Shown here: positions 1 through 10,084 of the stretch, in pieces
How positions within the stretch are numbered: position 1 is the stretch's first letter
Layout of the letters: each line of letters starts with the position of its first letter
Source of the DNA: an uncultured bacterium
GTDB taxonomy: Bacteria; Chloroflexota; UBA5177; JANWHV01
DNA: 64,000 nt
Direction: 5' to 3'
Assembly: GCA_963729625.1 (NCBI GenBank)
Contig: CAVSOU010000011.1
Span: forward strand, 832,001 to 896,000
The notes under the pieces: generated by a model
What the model was told of the DNA's origin: nothing
Seen by the model: the letters and a program-made list of their open reading frames with translations, nothing else
The model's database searches: none
Position numbers and translations under genes: made by a program

Positions 1-945
1 GCCGCCCTTCACGCACGCGTGGCCGACCTGTGGGTAGCCGCGGCCTACCTGTTCTTGGCGACGATCCTCTCGGTGCTCTGGCAGGCCCGGCCACTCGTCT
101 GGGCCGCTATCGCGACCGTTGCCCTGACGTTCGAGGAGGCGTTAATGCTGGCAGGTGTCCGCTGGGCCGACCAGCCGGCGTGCTGGGCCGGCGCTGCCCT
201 GGTTGCCTACTTCGCCGCAACCGTGTGGAAGCGGTCGCCGGGCAGGGTAGCAACGCTCTGGAGCTCTCCGCTGCAGTGGGCGTCGCACGCGGCCGGCATC
301 GCCGCAGTCGCGGTGGCCCTTGCCAACCTCAGCCTTGGGCAGTACGCGCTGCAGCCGCTGGCGGTAACCTTGACCCTGGCCGGCGCATACCTGATGATAG
401 GCGGGATTGTCGAGCGCCGGCGCATCCTGTCCTACGCGGCCATCGGCCTGGTGTATGGCGCCTACGCCTGCGAGCTTGCCTACAGACAGGTATCCCAGCC
501 GCAAGCATTCGCGCTTGCGCTTGGGGCTTCTCTGCTGCTTGTGGCGTACCTGGAGTGGCGGCGCGGCGCGGATACTGCAAAGGGGCTGTTGGAGCTGGCA
601 GCGATCGCGGTGATACTTGGTACGACCCTGGTCCAAGGCTGCGGTGGTCTTGGCGTTGGCAACGATCGTTATAGCTATGACACGTTCCTGCTGCTCGAGA
701 GCGTGGCCGTGTTCGGCCTGGGTGCGGTCCTGCATTGGAAGCGCCTGTTCTTCGCGGCCTGTGGCGCCCTTGTAGTGGACGTATGCATCCTGCTGGTCGA
801 TCCGGTGCGGTCGATGCAGGCGTGGTATCTTGTGGCGATCATCGGTTTTGCCATGATCGCGTTGGTGGTCTTCCTCGAGCAGCGGCGGCAGCAGATCCCG
901 CTCTGGATCGATGAAGTGCGCTTGCGCCTGGATGCCTGGGACTGA
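1..945 (+). CDS. Multi-pass membrane protein, C-terminal part (5' end outside the window)
   Basis: Frame is open from base 1; roughly ten hydrophobic segments; ends in a polar tail (EQRRQQIPLWIDEVRLRLDAWD). Confidence 0.75.
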   Translation, partial: AALHARVADLWVAAAYLFLATILSVLWQARPLVWAAIATVALTFEEALMLAGVRWADQPACWAGAALVAYFAATVWKRSPGRVATLWSSPLQWASHAAGIAAVAVALANLSLGQYALQPLAVTLTLAGAYLMIGGIVERRRILSYAAIGLVYGAYACELAYRQVSQPQAFALALGASLLLVAYLEWRRGADTAKGLLELAAIAVILGTTLVQGCGGLGVGNDRYSYDTFLLLESVAVFGLGAVLHWKRLFFAACGALVVDVCILLVDPVRSMQAWYLVAIIGFAMIALVVFLEQRRQQIPLWIDEVRLRLDAWD

Positions 946-1075
946 CGAGCGAGTGGCAAGGAGGACGGTCCACTATAATCATCCCAGGACGACACATGCA
1001 GGGTCGCGCACTGAAGCGCGAGTGCACGTGCAGCAATGAGAGCGCCTGATGACCGCACCGCAGGGTGGAACGCCG

Positions 1076-2614
1076 ATGCCGGAACTGGACGAAGCGAGCG
1101 CCTCGCAGCTCCAAGCGGCCATGATGGCGGGCGACCTGACCTCGCGCGACCTGACGGCCTTCTACCTGGCGCGCATCGAGGCTCTGAATCTGCAGGGGCC
1201 GGCACTGCGCGCTGTCCTGGAGACCAATCCCGCCGCCATAGAGATCGCCGCCGGCCTCGACCGCGAGCGCCGGGAAGGAAGGATCCGCGGGCCGCTCCAT
1301 GGCATCCCGGTCCTGCTCAAGGATAACATCGATACGGCGGACGGCATGATGACGAGCGCCGGCTCGCTGGCCCTGATCGGAACCCCCCCGACCCTGGACG
1401 CCACGGTGGCTGCTCGGCTCCGGGCGGCAGGCGCCGTGCTGCTCGGCAAGACCAATCTGAGTGAATGGGCCAATTGCCGCTCCCGTCCGTCCTCCAGCGG
1501 TTGGTGTGGGCGGAATGGCCAGGCACGTAATCCCTATGTGCTGGATAGGAATCCAGGCGGGTCCAGCTCTGGATCGGCCATCGCCGTGGCCGCTGGATTG
1601 TGTGCCGCATCGATCGGCACGGAGACTGACGGCTCGATCGTCAGCCCCGCCGGCTCGTGCGGCGTGGTCGGAATCAAGCCCACAGTCGGGCTGGTGAGCC
1701 GGGCCGGCGTGGTGCCGATCTCACACACACAGGACACAGCCGGCCCGCTTGCCCGATCGGTCGCCGACGCCGCCACGCTGCTCACCGCTATCGTTGCCGA
1801 GAACCCTGACCGTCGCGACCACGCCACCAGGGCAGGAGCGCCGGTCGATTTCACCCGGTTTCTGGTTCCCGATGGGCTGGTGGACGCCCGCATCGGCATC
1901 CCGCGCAACCTTGGGTTCGGCGCCAGCCCGAGGGCCGACGCGATCGTGGACGAGGCCATACGTGCCATGCGCGCGGCCGGAGCCGAGATCGTCGATCCGG
2001 TACGCTTGTCGCCGGACCAGGAGCGGGCGAACAAGGCCGAGATGACGGTGCTGCAGTATGAGTTCAAGCATAACCTGAATGCCTACCTTTCCTCGCGCCG
2101 GCAGATAGCCCTGGATCGCGAGGGCTTTCCGCTTACCCTGGCGGGGCTGATCGCGTTCAACGAGGCACATGCGGACGAGGAATTGCGGCTCTTCGGCCAG
2201 GAGATATTCCTCGACGCCGAGGCGAAAGGCCCATTGAGTGACGCGGCGTATAGGGAGGCGCTGGCCGAGAGCTTCACGCTTTCGGGTCCCGAGGGCATCG
2301 ATCGGCTCCTCACCGCGCATCGGCTCGACGCGCTGGTAGTGCCGACCAACGCTCCCGCCTGGCTGATCGACCCGATCAATGGCGACGCCTCGGTCATTGA
2401 CACCGCGGGACCCGCGGCACGAGCCGGCTACCCGCAGGTCAGTCTTCCGGCCGGATTTGTCTGCGGACTGCCGGTGAATATCACGTTCGTAGGCGGGAGC
2501 TTCAGCGAGCCGGCGTTGATCCGCATCGCCTACGCGTTCGAGCATCTGACCCAGGCGCGCAGGCCACCGCGCTTCCTTCCCACGGTGGCAGATGCCTTGC
2601 TCGACCGACGGTGA
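1076..2614 (+). CDS. Amidase signature family enzyme
   Basis: GPLHGIPVLLKDNI (catalytic Lys), GKTNLSEW, PGGSSSGS and IGTETDGSI (Ser-cisSer-Lys triad). Alternative start at 1049. Confidence 0.95.
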   Translation: MPELDEASASQLQAAMMAGDLTSRDLTAFYLARIEALNLQGPALRAVLETNPAAIEIAAGLDRERREGRIRGPLHGIPVLLKDNIDTADGMMTSAGSLALIGTPPTLDATVAARLRAAGAVLLGKTNLSEWANCRSRPSSSGWCGRNGQARNPYVLDRNPGGSSSGSAIAVAAGLCAASIGTETDGSIVSPAGSCGVVGIKPTVGLVSRAGVVPISHTQDTAGPLARSVADAATLLTAIVAENPDRRDHATRAGAPVDFTRFLVPDGLVDARIGIPRNLGFGASPRADAIVDEAIRAMRAAGAEIVDPVRLSPDQERANKAEMTVLQYEFKHNLNAYLSSRRQIALDREGFPLTLAGLIAFNEAHADEELRLFGQEIFLDAEAKGPLSDAAYREALAESFTLSGPEGIDRLLTAHRLDALVVPTNAPAWLIDPINGDASVIDTAGPAARAGYPQVSLPAGFVCGLPVNITFVGGSFSEPALIRIAYAFEHLTQARRPPRFLPTVADALLDRR

Positions 2615-2838
2615 TCCTTATATCTGAATATCTGACACGGACCGCCAGGCGTGCGCCACCGCCTGCCACGTCGGCAACGCACGCCGGGCTCCCCAATCTA
2701 GGTGATAGCCGCAAGGAGACATCCACGTTACGCTCGGCGTAGCCCCGTATCGGCCGTGGACTCTAACAACTCGGCGCACCGGGATGCGGGAAGCTGAGCG
2801 AGAAGGGTGCGACGACTTCTGTCCCGAGGAGGCCAGCC

Positions 2839-3336
2839 ATGCTCGTCAACGATCTGATGACTGTTGCAGGCCGCATCGAGCCCCATGCGAAGGGGGATCA
2901 CGGCGACAACCGCGCCATGCTGGACCCACCTGACGAGCGCCTCGACGTGGAAGCCGCGGCGGCCCGGTTTCAGGCGGGCGACCAAGAAGTGTGGTCTTGG
3001 CTGCGCGGCTTCCTCATTCACGAGCAGGAGTTCTCGGCCCGCCGGCTCAGTGCAGGCGACGTCTTCCCTGGCAGCCTGCTGCCGAAGGCCGAGGCACTGG
3101 CCCACACGGTCGCGGAGGAGCCGGACTGGAGCGTCGAGAGCACGTGGTGGCTCGACGATCGCGCCCTGACGGTCCACGTGATGTACAGTCACTGCGGCTC
3201 TGGCGACGTCTGGAGCGGTCTCTGCCGAGCTCCGCTGGCCGCTCTACGTGGCTTCGCGCGCGTCGATGCCGGGGAACAGGCGCCGAAGCCAGGCTCCGGG
3301 CCGGCGCCGAGCTCACCGCTCCGCGCCATGGCCTGA
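2839..3336 (+). CDS. Hypothetical protein
   Basis: GAGGAGG RBS before ATG 2839 and GC3-rich codons; no recognisable motif. Confidence 0.55.
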   Translation: MLVNDLMTVAGRIEPHAKGDHGDNRAMLDPPDERLDVEAAAARFQAGDQEVWSWLRGFLIHEQEFSARRLSAGDVFPGSLLPKAEALAHTVAEEPDWSVESTWWLDDRALTVHVMYSHCGSGDVWSGLCRAPLAALRGFARVDAGEQAPKPGSGPAPSSPLRAMA

Positions 3337-3690
3337 TCGCGTCGTCACAAACTATTCCGCGGAACATCGGGCCGGCGTGACCGTGCCGGTCGTAGAGGCA
3401 CTGCCGGCTTCCCACGGAAGCGTCGAGTCTGACATCGTGCTTGCAGCATGGCCGCACCAGGTGCGGAGCAGGACCCTGATAGCGATCGACGCCTCACGCT
3501 GTTTTTCGTGGACGATATGTGCGGCCACGGCAGCCGCGGACGCCTTGACGGTCCTCGGTCGGTCGGACGATCCTGCTCCGTATGTACACGCAGATCGCGC
3601 AATGTCCCGCCCGTGCCGCTTCCTCCCTGGTTATCTATTCGCGGGAGAAAAAGTTGATTTCGTCGCGCGGCCAAAACAGACGGGCTGCGT

Positions 3691-3721
3691 CCAACTGAAT
3701 TGGGGCAGTTGGGGCTATATT
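3691..3721 (+). promoter_or_regulatory. Candidate operator (CCAACTG-N8-CAGTTGG) next to a -10-like TATATT upstream of the sugar isomerase
   Basis: Perfect 7-bp inverted repeat at 3691-3697 and 3706-3712; TATATT at 3716-3721; GGAGG RBS before ATG 3755. Confidence 0.5.
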
Positions 3722-3754
3722 GCATCGTGACTAGCAGGAGCGGAGGGAAGAGCC

Positions 3755-5206
3755 ATGAATCACGTGTTGCCTGCGCCGCCGGCCCGATCGGGCAAAACCG
3801 CCCGCCCGCGGGCCTCCGGGCGAGTTGGGCTGTTCAGCATAGGGCTGGCCGCCTACTGGCCGCAGTTTCCCGGCCTCAAAGAGCGCCTCGAAGGCTATGC
3901 GGCGCAGGTATCGGAACGCGTATCCGGCTGGGCGGATGTTGTATCGGCTGGGCTTGTGGACGATGCTGATGGTGCTCGCCGTGCCGGCGAGCTATTCGCA
4001 CGCGAGAGCGTCGATCTGATCTTGCTGCACACCGCTACTTACGCCACCTCGAGCCAGGTGCTGCCTGCCGTGCAGCGGGCCAAAGTCCCGGTTGTCGTGC
4101 TCAATCTGCAGCCGGTTGCTGCCCTCGACTATCCCAGCACGGATACGGGCGAATGGCTGGCCAACTGCTCGGCATGCTGCGCACCGGAACTGGCGGGCGC
4201 GTTTGCGCGCGCCAGCGTGCCGTTCCAGGTGGTGTCCGGGCTCCTGACCGCCGACGACGGCGCCCGGGCCTGGCGCGAAGTGATCGACTGGTGCCGCGCT
4301 GCCGGTGTAGCCAGGGCGCTTCGAGAAGCGCGGATGGGTTTTCTGGGTCACACGTATCCTGGCATGCTCGACATGTACTCGGATATCACCCAGCATCACG
4401 CCCAGCTCGGACTCCACGTGGATGTGCTGGAAATGGACGACCTCCAGCAGTGCGTGGACGCGGTCACCGATGCCGAGCTCGAGGCTACCGTGGTGGGGAC
4501 GCGGGCGATGTTCGAGCTGGACACCACCGTGGACGAAGACAGACTTCGCTGGTCGGCGCGGGTTGCCGCCGGCATGGATCGCCTCGTCGCTGAGCGCAGG
4601 CTGGATGGCTTGACCTACTACTATCACGGCCGCGGAGCACTCGAGGATCTGGGCGCCACATTGATTCTTGGCGGATCGAGGCTCACCGCGCGCGGAATTC
4701 CGTGCGCAGGCGAAGGAGATCTCAAGAACGCCGTGGCGATGCTCATTCTGGATCGGCTCGGTGTCGGTGGTTCATTCACCGAGTTCTACGCGATGGACCT
4801 GGCGGAGGGCTTCGTACTGATGGGGCACGATGGACCCGGTCACGTGGCCATCAGCGCCCGCCCGCCCATATTGCGTGGCCTGGGCCTGTTCCACGGTAAG
4901 GCCGGGCACGGCGTATCCGTGGAGTTCAGTGTCAAGACTGGCCCGGTGACGATCCTCGGCTGCTCGCAGACGGCCGATGGACGGCTGAAGTTTCTGGTGG
5001 CGGAAGGCGAGTCGTTGCCCGGTCCCATTCTCCAGATCGGCAACACGAACAGCCGGCTGCGTTTCTCGCTGCCCCCGGATGAGTTCGTTGACCGATGGTG
5101 TCAGGAAGGACCGACGCACCACGTGGCGCTTGGCGTCGGCCATTGCGGCTCGACAATCGCAAAGGTCGGCAGGCTGCTGGGCGTGGAAACCGTAGTTGTG
5201 AAATAG
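3755..5206 (+). CDS. L-fucose/L-arabinose isomerase family protein
   Basis: GLFSIGLAAYWPQF N-terminus, CAGEGDLK (metal Glu/Asp), MGHDGPGH, GNTNSR and GPTHHVALGVGH. Confidence 0.9.
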   Translation: MNHVLPAPPARSGKTARPRASGRVGLFSIGLAAYWPQFPGLKERLEGYAAQVSERVSGWADVVSAGLVDDADGARRAGELFARESVDLILLHTATYATSSQVLPAVQRAKVPVVVLNLQPVAALDYPSTDTGEWLANCSACCAPELAGAFARASVPFQVVSGLLTADDGARAWREVIDWCRAAGVARALREARMGFLGHTYPGMLDMYSDITQHHAQLGLHVDVLEMDDLQQCVDAVTDAELEATVVGTRAMFELDTTVDEDRLRWSARVAAGMDRLVAERRLDGLTYYYHGRGALEDLGATLILGGSRLTARGIPCAGEGDLKNAVAMLILDRLGVGGSFTEFYAMDLAEGFVLMGHDGPGHVAISARPPILRGLGLFHGKAGHGVSVEFSVKTGPVTILGCSQTADGRLKFLVAEGESLPGPILQIGNTNSRLRFSLPPDEFVDRWCQEGPTHHVALGVGHCGSTIAKVGRLLGVETVVVK

Positions 5207-5245
5207 ACGGACCATGACGAAGAGCACCAGGCTCAGGAGGCGCAA

Positions 5246-6760
5246 ATGAGCCGATACCTCGCCGTCGACCTCGGGGCTGAGAGCGGAAGGGTTATCGTCG
5301 GGGTGTTTGACGGCCGGCGTGTGACCCTCGAAGAGGTTCATCGCTTCCCGAATCTCCCCGTCCGCCTTCCCGACGCATTGCACTGGGACGTGCTCGGTAC
5401 GTACAAGGAGATACTGGCTGCGCTGCAGCTGGCTCGCGAACGCTTCGGCCCCGAGTTCGCGGGCATTGGCGTCGACTCGCCGGGCGCCGATTACGGACTG
5501 CTCGACGCGCAGGGGCGGCTTCTCGGCAACCCGGTCCATTATCGCGATGCCCGCACCGATGGGCTGCCCGCGGAAGCCACGAAGTACGTCTCCGCGGCCG
5601 AGCAGTACCGGCGCACAGGGATTGCCCAGCTGCCCTTCAATACGATGTATCAGCTGATGGCCGCGGTGCGGAGCGAGGACCGGTGCCTGGATGTGGCGCG
5701 CAACCTCCTGCTGGTGCCGGATCTGCTGCACTACTGGCTCGGCGGCCGGCCGGTCTGTGAGCGCACGAATGCCAGCACTTCCGGGATCCTTGATGTGCAC
5801 CGCCGGTGGACTCTGGACCTACTGCAGCGACTGGGGCTGCCCACCCACATGCTGCACGAGACGGTACCCCCCGGCACGGTCCTTGGCCGGCTCGGTGCCG
5901 GCGCCCAGCAGTCCAGCGGGCTGGGCGCTATCCCGGTCATCGCGCCTGCCACGCACGATACCGCCTGTGCTGTCGTAGCATCACCCGTTGCATCGCGGCC
6001 AACTGGTCACAGTCCTGCGTATCTTAGCTCCGGAACATGGTCGTTGTTGGGGGTCGAGCTGACGCAACCAAACGCCAGCGAGGCGGCGCGGCTAGCAGGA
6101 TTTACCAACGAAGGCGGCGCCGCGGGCACGTACTGCTTCCACACCAACATCATGGGCCTGTGGCTACTGCAGGAAACACGCCGTGCCTGGTCCGTTTCCG
6201 CGAGCACGGCGGCCCAGAGCTACGCCGACCTCATGGAACATGCCGCTGAGGTGGCCTCTCCTGGTGTGGTCATTAACGTCGACGATCCCGCCTTTCTGCA
6301 CCCGCAGAACATGGTCGCGGCGATCATGGATAGCCTGGCGCCTGACGACCGTGAACGCCTGACCACACCGGTGCTTCTGGCTCGAGCCATTCTGGAAAGC
6401 CTAGCGCTGGCCTACCGCCTTACGCTCGCACAGGTCGAGCGGCTGATAGGCAGCACCACGACCGTGTTGCACATTGTGGGCGGCGGCTCCCGCAACACGC
6501 TGCTCTGCCAATTCGCCGCGGATGCGACAGGCCGAGAAGTCGTCGCCGGACCGAGCGAAGCCACCGCGCTGGGGAATGTGATGGTCCAGGCCATGGCCAC
6601 CGGGGAAATCGCCGGACTGGCGCAGGCGCGCGATGTGGCGGCTGCTTCAGCCCAGGTGCGGCACTACGAGCCACACGAGTCCTCCCAGTGGGAGGAACGA
6701 GAGGCGCGCCTCCTGGCGATGCGCCGGAAGGCGCAGCTTGCCCGCGTGAGCGATGCGTGA
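5246..6760 (+). CDS. rhaB: Rhamnulokinase-like FGGY carbohydrate kinase
   Basis: YLAVDLGAESGR, HYRDART, PATHDTA, SSGTWSLLG, NIMGLWLLQE, IVGGGSRN and GPSEATALGN. Confidence 0.9.
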   Translation: MSRYLAVDLGAESGRVIVGVFDGRRVTLEEVHRFPNLPVRLPDALHWDVLGTYKEILAALQLARERFGPEFAGIGVDSPGADYGLLDAQGRLLGNPVHYRDARTDGLPAEATKYVSAAEQYRRTGIAQLPFNTMYQLMAAVRSEDRCLDVARNLLLVPDLLHYWLGGRPVCERTNASTSGILDVHRRWTLDLLQRLGLPTHMLHETVPPGTVLGRLGAGAQQSSGLGAIPVIAPATHDTACAVVASPVASRPTGHSPAYLSSGTWSLLGVELTQPNASEAARLAGFTNEGGAAGTYCFHTNIMGLWLLQETRRAWSVSASTAAQSYADLMEHAAEVASPGVVINVDDPAFLHPQNMVAAIMDSLAPDDRERLTTPVLLARAILESLALAYRLTLAQVERLIGSTTTVLHIVGGGSRNTLLCQFAADATGREVVAGPSEATALGNVMVQAMATGEIAGLAQARDVAAASAQVRHYEPHESSQWEEREARLLAMRRKAQLARVSDA

Positions 6761-6845
6761 TCGACTGTGAATCAGTCCGCACAGGTGCCAAGGCTAGAAA
6801 TCACGACTGAAGTATGTCACGTACCCAGCATTGCAGGAGGAACGC

Positions 6846-7883
6846 ATGAGCTCCTGGAAGCCCGATTTCAATCGCCTAAAGCAAGTCCTTTGCAGAGACG
6901 GCATGCCGGATATAGTTCCGTTCTTCGAGTACCTGATTGATAGCGAGATTATTCAGGAGCTCACTGGGAAGAACATAACTACCGCAAGTACAGTTGAATT
7001 CTACTCCACGTACGGCTACGACTATGTCATGGTGAGAGCCGACTATTCCTACAAGATCATGGACTTGGAGGCTGCAGATACCGCCATCCTGTCGCGCGGC
7101 GCCAGACGTTTTAACAATGAATCCGAAGGACCTATCAAGACCAGGAAGGCGTTTGACGACTATCCATGGAAGAAGGTTGACGCATCCGTCTCACGCCCCA
7201 TGCTTGAAACGGCATCGTGTCTTCCTTCCGGTATGAAGATGATAATTCGCCCGCCGAAGGGAGTGTTCGAGAACGTAATCCGCTTAATGGGATACCTCCC
7301 GTTCTCGTATGCACTCTACGAAGACCTTTCTCTGGTCGAGGATATCTTTGAGCATGTCGGCAGCAACCAGCTCGCCATTGTCAAGGCGTGCCTTGAAAAC
7401 TGCGACATCTCCGCCATAGGCGCGGTAGCCATGGCTGATGACTTGGGGTACAAGTCTGGAACCATGATTGCGCCTAAGCTATTAAGAGAATATGTCTTCC
7501 CTTGGCATAAGAGGATTGTGGATCTGGCTCACAGCTATAACCTTCCCCTGATACTGCACTCTTGCGGCAACATTGCAACGGTAATGGATGACTTGATTGA
7601 CTATGTTGGGATAGACGCCAAACACTCGTTCGAGGACAGCATTCTGCCGGTTGCTGAAGCAAAGAAGCGGTACGGGAAGAGAATCGCGATATTAGGAGGA
7701 GCTGATGTCCACGTATTGTGTACGGCGGACGAGGCAGGAATAAGGCAGTACATATCGAAGATAATGCGGGACTGCACCCCTGGCGGGGGATATGCGCTTG
7801 GCACGGGAAATAGTGTTGCGAACTATATCCCGGTAGCAAATTACCTCACCATGCTTGATGAGGGCAGAAAGTGGAGAGCATGA
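6846..7883 (+). CDS. Uroporphyrinogen decarboxylase / MtaA-CmuA methyltransferase fold protein (copy 1)
   Basis: DDLGYKSG, LHSCGN, DAKHSFED, ILGGAD and PGGGYALGTGNS; AGGAGG RBS; visibly lower GC than its neighbours. Confidence 0.88.
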   Translation: MSSWKPDFNRLKQVLCRDGMPDIVPFFEYLIDSEIIQELTGKNITTASTVEFYSTYGYDYVMVRADYSYKIMDLEAADTAILSRGARRFNNESEGPIKTRKAFDDYPWKKVDASVSRPMLETASCLPSGMKMIIRPPKGVFENVIRLMGYLPFSYALYEDLSLVEDIFEHVGSNQLAIVKACLENCDISAIGAVAMADDLGYKSGTMIAPKLLREYVFPWHKRIVDLAHSYNLPLILHSCGNIATVMDDLIDYVGIDAKHSFEDSILPVAEAKKRYGKRIAILGGADVHVLCTADEAGIRQYISKIMRDCTPGGGYALGTGNSVANYIPVANYLTMLDEGRKWRA

Positions 7884-8202
7884 CCGGACTGGGAACTGAT
7901 CGAGTGCTATGGAGCGGTGGGATTTCGCATCTGGGCGACAATGCTCGTCTGTTGCATGGAGCGTCTGGCCGACGAAGTGTCGCTTGCCCGCGGACACTCC
8001 TCCGCCTGCGTGGACAATCGCTTTAGCCAGCAGAACTCCAGCTGTCCCGCACAGACACGCCCGTGTCGTGCGCCGGGTGCGGCACTACCGGGGTGGCTGG
8101 AGCCGCGCGCCGCGACTGCCGCTTCAGGTCTTGCTCCGCAGGAGCCTGGGAATGCCCTGAGGCAAGCCCAAACAGATTGCGGACGCGAAGAGTCGAAAGG
8201 AG

Positions 8203-8231
8203 TTGACAGAGGTACGCAACGACATTACACT
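8203..8231 (+). promoter_or_regulatory. Sigma70-type promoter of the ABC transporter operon
   Basis: TTGACA (8203-8208), 17-nt spacer, TACACT (8226-8231). Confidence 0.7.
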
Positions 8232-8582
8232 TGGTTCGCTGCCGGCACTGTACCAGCAGCACCAGCCTATTCTCTCCGCCGCGGCGCAAGCACGCATCGA
8301 CGTGCAGTGCGGCTCGGATGGAGAGCCGCATGTGTCTCGGTCAACACTCAGAGTTACTCTGTTCCGCAAGGCTTCATCGAAAAGCCCTGCCAGCCAAGGG
8401 GACAGCCAGAGAAGGGAGGTAATTCTGCATAGCCATTTCCCTGTAGAGTTCATGTCCAGGTGTAATGGGCTCTACGGGCCCGCCCGCTCCGGCCACGCAG
8501 CCGAAGCTTGACACGCGGCATCGCTCGAAGCGTTCGAGATTCATGATCGGCGCCGAGCTCTGGACTCATGGAGGATGCATAC

Positions 8583-9902
8583 ATGCTGCAACGAAGAGCT
8601 TTCCGCACCTGCGCTCTCTTTCTGATGATCGCCACGATGCTGATACCCATGCACCCCGCCAGCATGCAAGCGGCGACCACGTCCCACGTGTCTTGGTGGA
8701 ACTGGGACGACGCCCTGATGGGCGGCGGCTCGACCCAGACCACCGGCTACAAGACCAATCAAAAACTGGCGACCAAGGTCCTCGCTGAGGCCGCCACGCC
8801 GGGCCTGGTCGTGGACGAGACATCCTATCCCTATAACGATTATCTGACCGCGCTCAAGACCTCCTTCGCCAGCGGCACCGAGCCGGACGTCGTCGACCTG
8901 CAGCCGGGTGCGTCGCTTCAGGAGTATCAGTCATACCTGGTGCCCATCAATGCGCTTGCTGCCAAAGCGTGGGGACCGAATTGGGAAAGCAAGTACGCAT
9001 CCATAGGCATTCGACAGGCCATGGGACCCAAGCCGAGCGGCGGCGTTGTCTACGGATTGCCGGCCGACATTTTCGACGGCTCGGGCCTCTACTACAACCG
9101 CGCGATCTTCGCCAAGTACGGGCTCTCCGTGCCGAAGACGTACGCGGATCTGAAGCACGTTGCGGACGTGCTCAACAGCCACGGTATCATCCCCATTGCC
9201 TGGGGGGCCAAGGATGGGTGGCCGAACGCCGACTGGTACCTGATGGTGGCCGAGCAGATGGCGCCGGGAGTCTGGGACAAGGCGCAGGTCGGCAAGGCCA
9301 AGTTCACGGATCCCGGCCTGGTCAAGGCCTTGCAGGTCATGGTCAACATGCAGAAGGACAAGATATTCGGCCGCTCGTCCTGGGCTACCACCCAGTATCC
9401 TGAGGCGTTGACCCTCCTGGAAACCGGGCGAGCTGCCATGTGGGCCTCGGGCTCCTGGGATGCCTGGACTATCTGGAGTCTCAAGAATCACGCCGACTAC
9501 TCGCTGATGCCGATGCCCAGGCTTGCGCCGGATGCCGGTCCGGGCCATTTCTTCGGCGGTGTCAACTTCGTGATGGTGATCACCAAGGCAGCCAAGGATC
9601 CTGCAACGGCGTTCAAGCTGCTCGCCTGGCGCGCGGGCGCCGGTGGTCAGCAGCAGATCGCTATGAATCGTTGGGGCTATCTGTCAAGCGTCAACGGTGT
9701 TACCGGCACGTTCCCCTGGAACGCGGACTACAACAGTCGCGTCTGGTCACAATGGGCCAACGGTCTGAGCACGGCCATCGATCGTCAACCGAAGTCTGCC
9801 GCGGTCCAGCAGGCCCTCTGGGACGCCATTGCCGCCGCGTCCACGCAGGGTGAGGATCCTGCCAAAGCCATGGCCTCGGTGCAGGCCGCCTATGGGAAAT
9901 AG
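8583..9902 (+). CDS. Carbohydrate ABC transporter substrate-binding protein
   Basis: Signal peptide; PDVVDL, VYGLP, LYYNRAIFAKYGLSVPKTY and GRAAMWASGSW motifs of CUT1 binding proteins; GGAGG RBS. Confidence 0.93.
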   Translation: MLQRRAFRTCALFLMIATMLIPMHPASMQAATTSHVSWWNWDDALMGGGSTQTTGYKTNQKLATKVLAEAATPGLVVDETSYPYNDYLTALKTSFASGTEPDVVDLQPGASLQEYQSYLVPINALAAKAWGPNWESKYASIGIRQAMGPKPSGGVVYGLPADIFDGSGLYYNRAIFAKYGLSVPKTYADLKHVADVLNSHGIIPIAWGAKDGWPNADWYLMVAEQMAPGVWDKAQVGKAKFTDPGLVKALQVMVNMQKDKIFGRSSWATTQYPEALTLLETGRAAMWASGSWDAWTIWSLKNHADYSLMPMPRLAPDAGPGHFFGGVNFVMVITKAAKDPATAFKLLAWRAGAGGQQQIAMNRWGYLSSVNGVTGTFPWNADYNSRVWSQWANGLSTAIDRQPKSAAVQQALWDAIAAASTQGEDPAKAMASVQAAYGK

Positions 9903-10084
9903 CTAGTCTCTGCGCCATCGACTGCGGCCGGGCAGAGGGCAATACCGACGATTATCGTTCGGTACCAGCACTGGCCGGCCGCAGTCCTTGTGCTGTTGCA
10001 CCCCTGCTGTCGTCTGCGGCTACTGGCATGAGTATGTCGAGCTCGGGCCGCTAAATTCTGGTACCCAGAGGGAACTGGAATCTG

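Noticed and set aside
2620-2635. ATATCTGA-ATATCTGA tandem repeat after the amidase
   Set aside because: Two copies with an 8-bp period and no supporting promoter context; plausible by chance or slippage.
7909-8511. Several 60-170 aa ORFs in the region between the URO-D gene and the ABC operon
   Set aside because: No coding bias or motifs, and they overlap a near-consensus promoter.
8238-8560. Cobalamin riboswitch in the ABC leader, suggested by the MtaA-like neighbours
   Set aside because: Only scattered fragments (CACTGTA, AGCCAG) are present; the core AGGGAA..GGTG..ATCC..CCC arrangement is missing.
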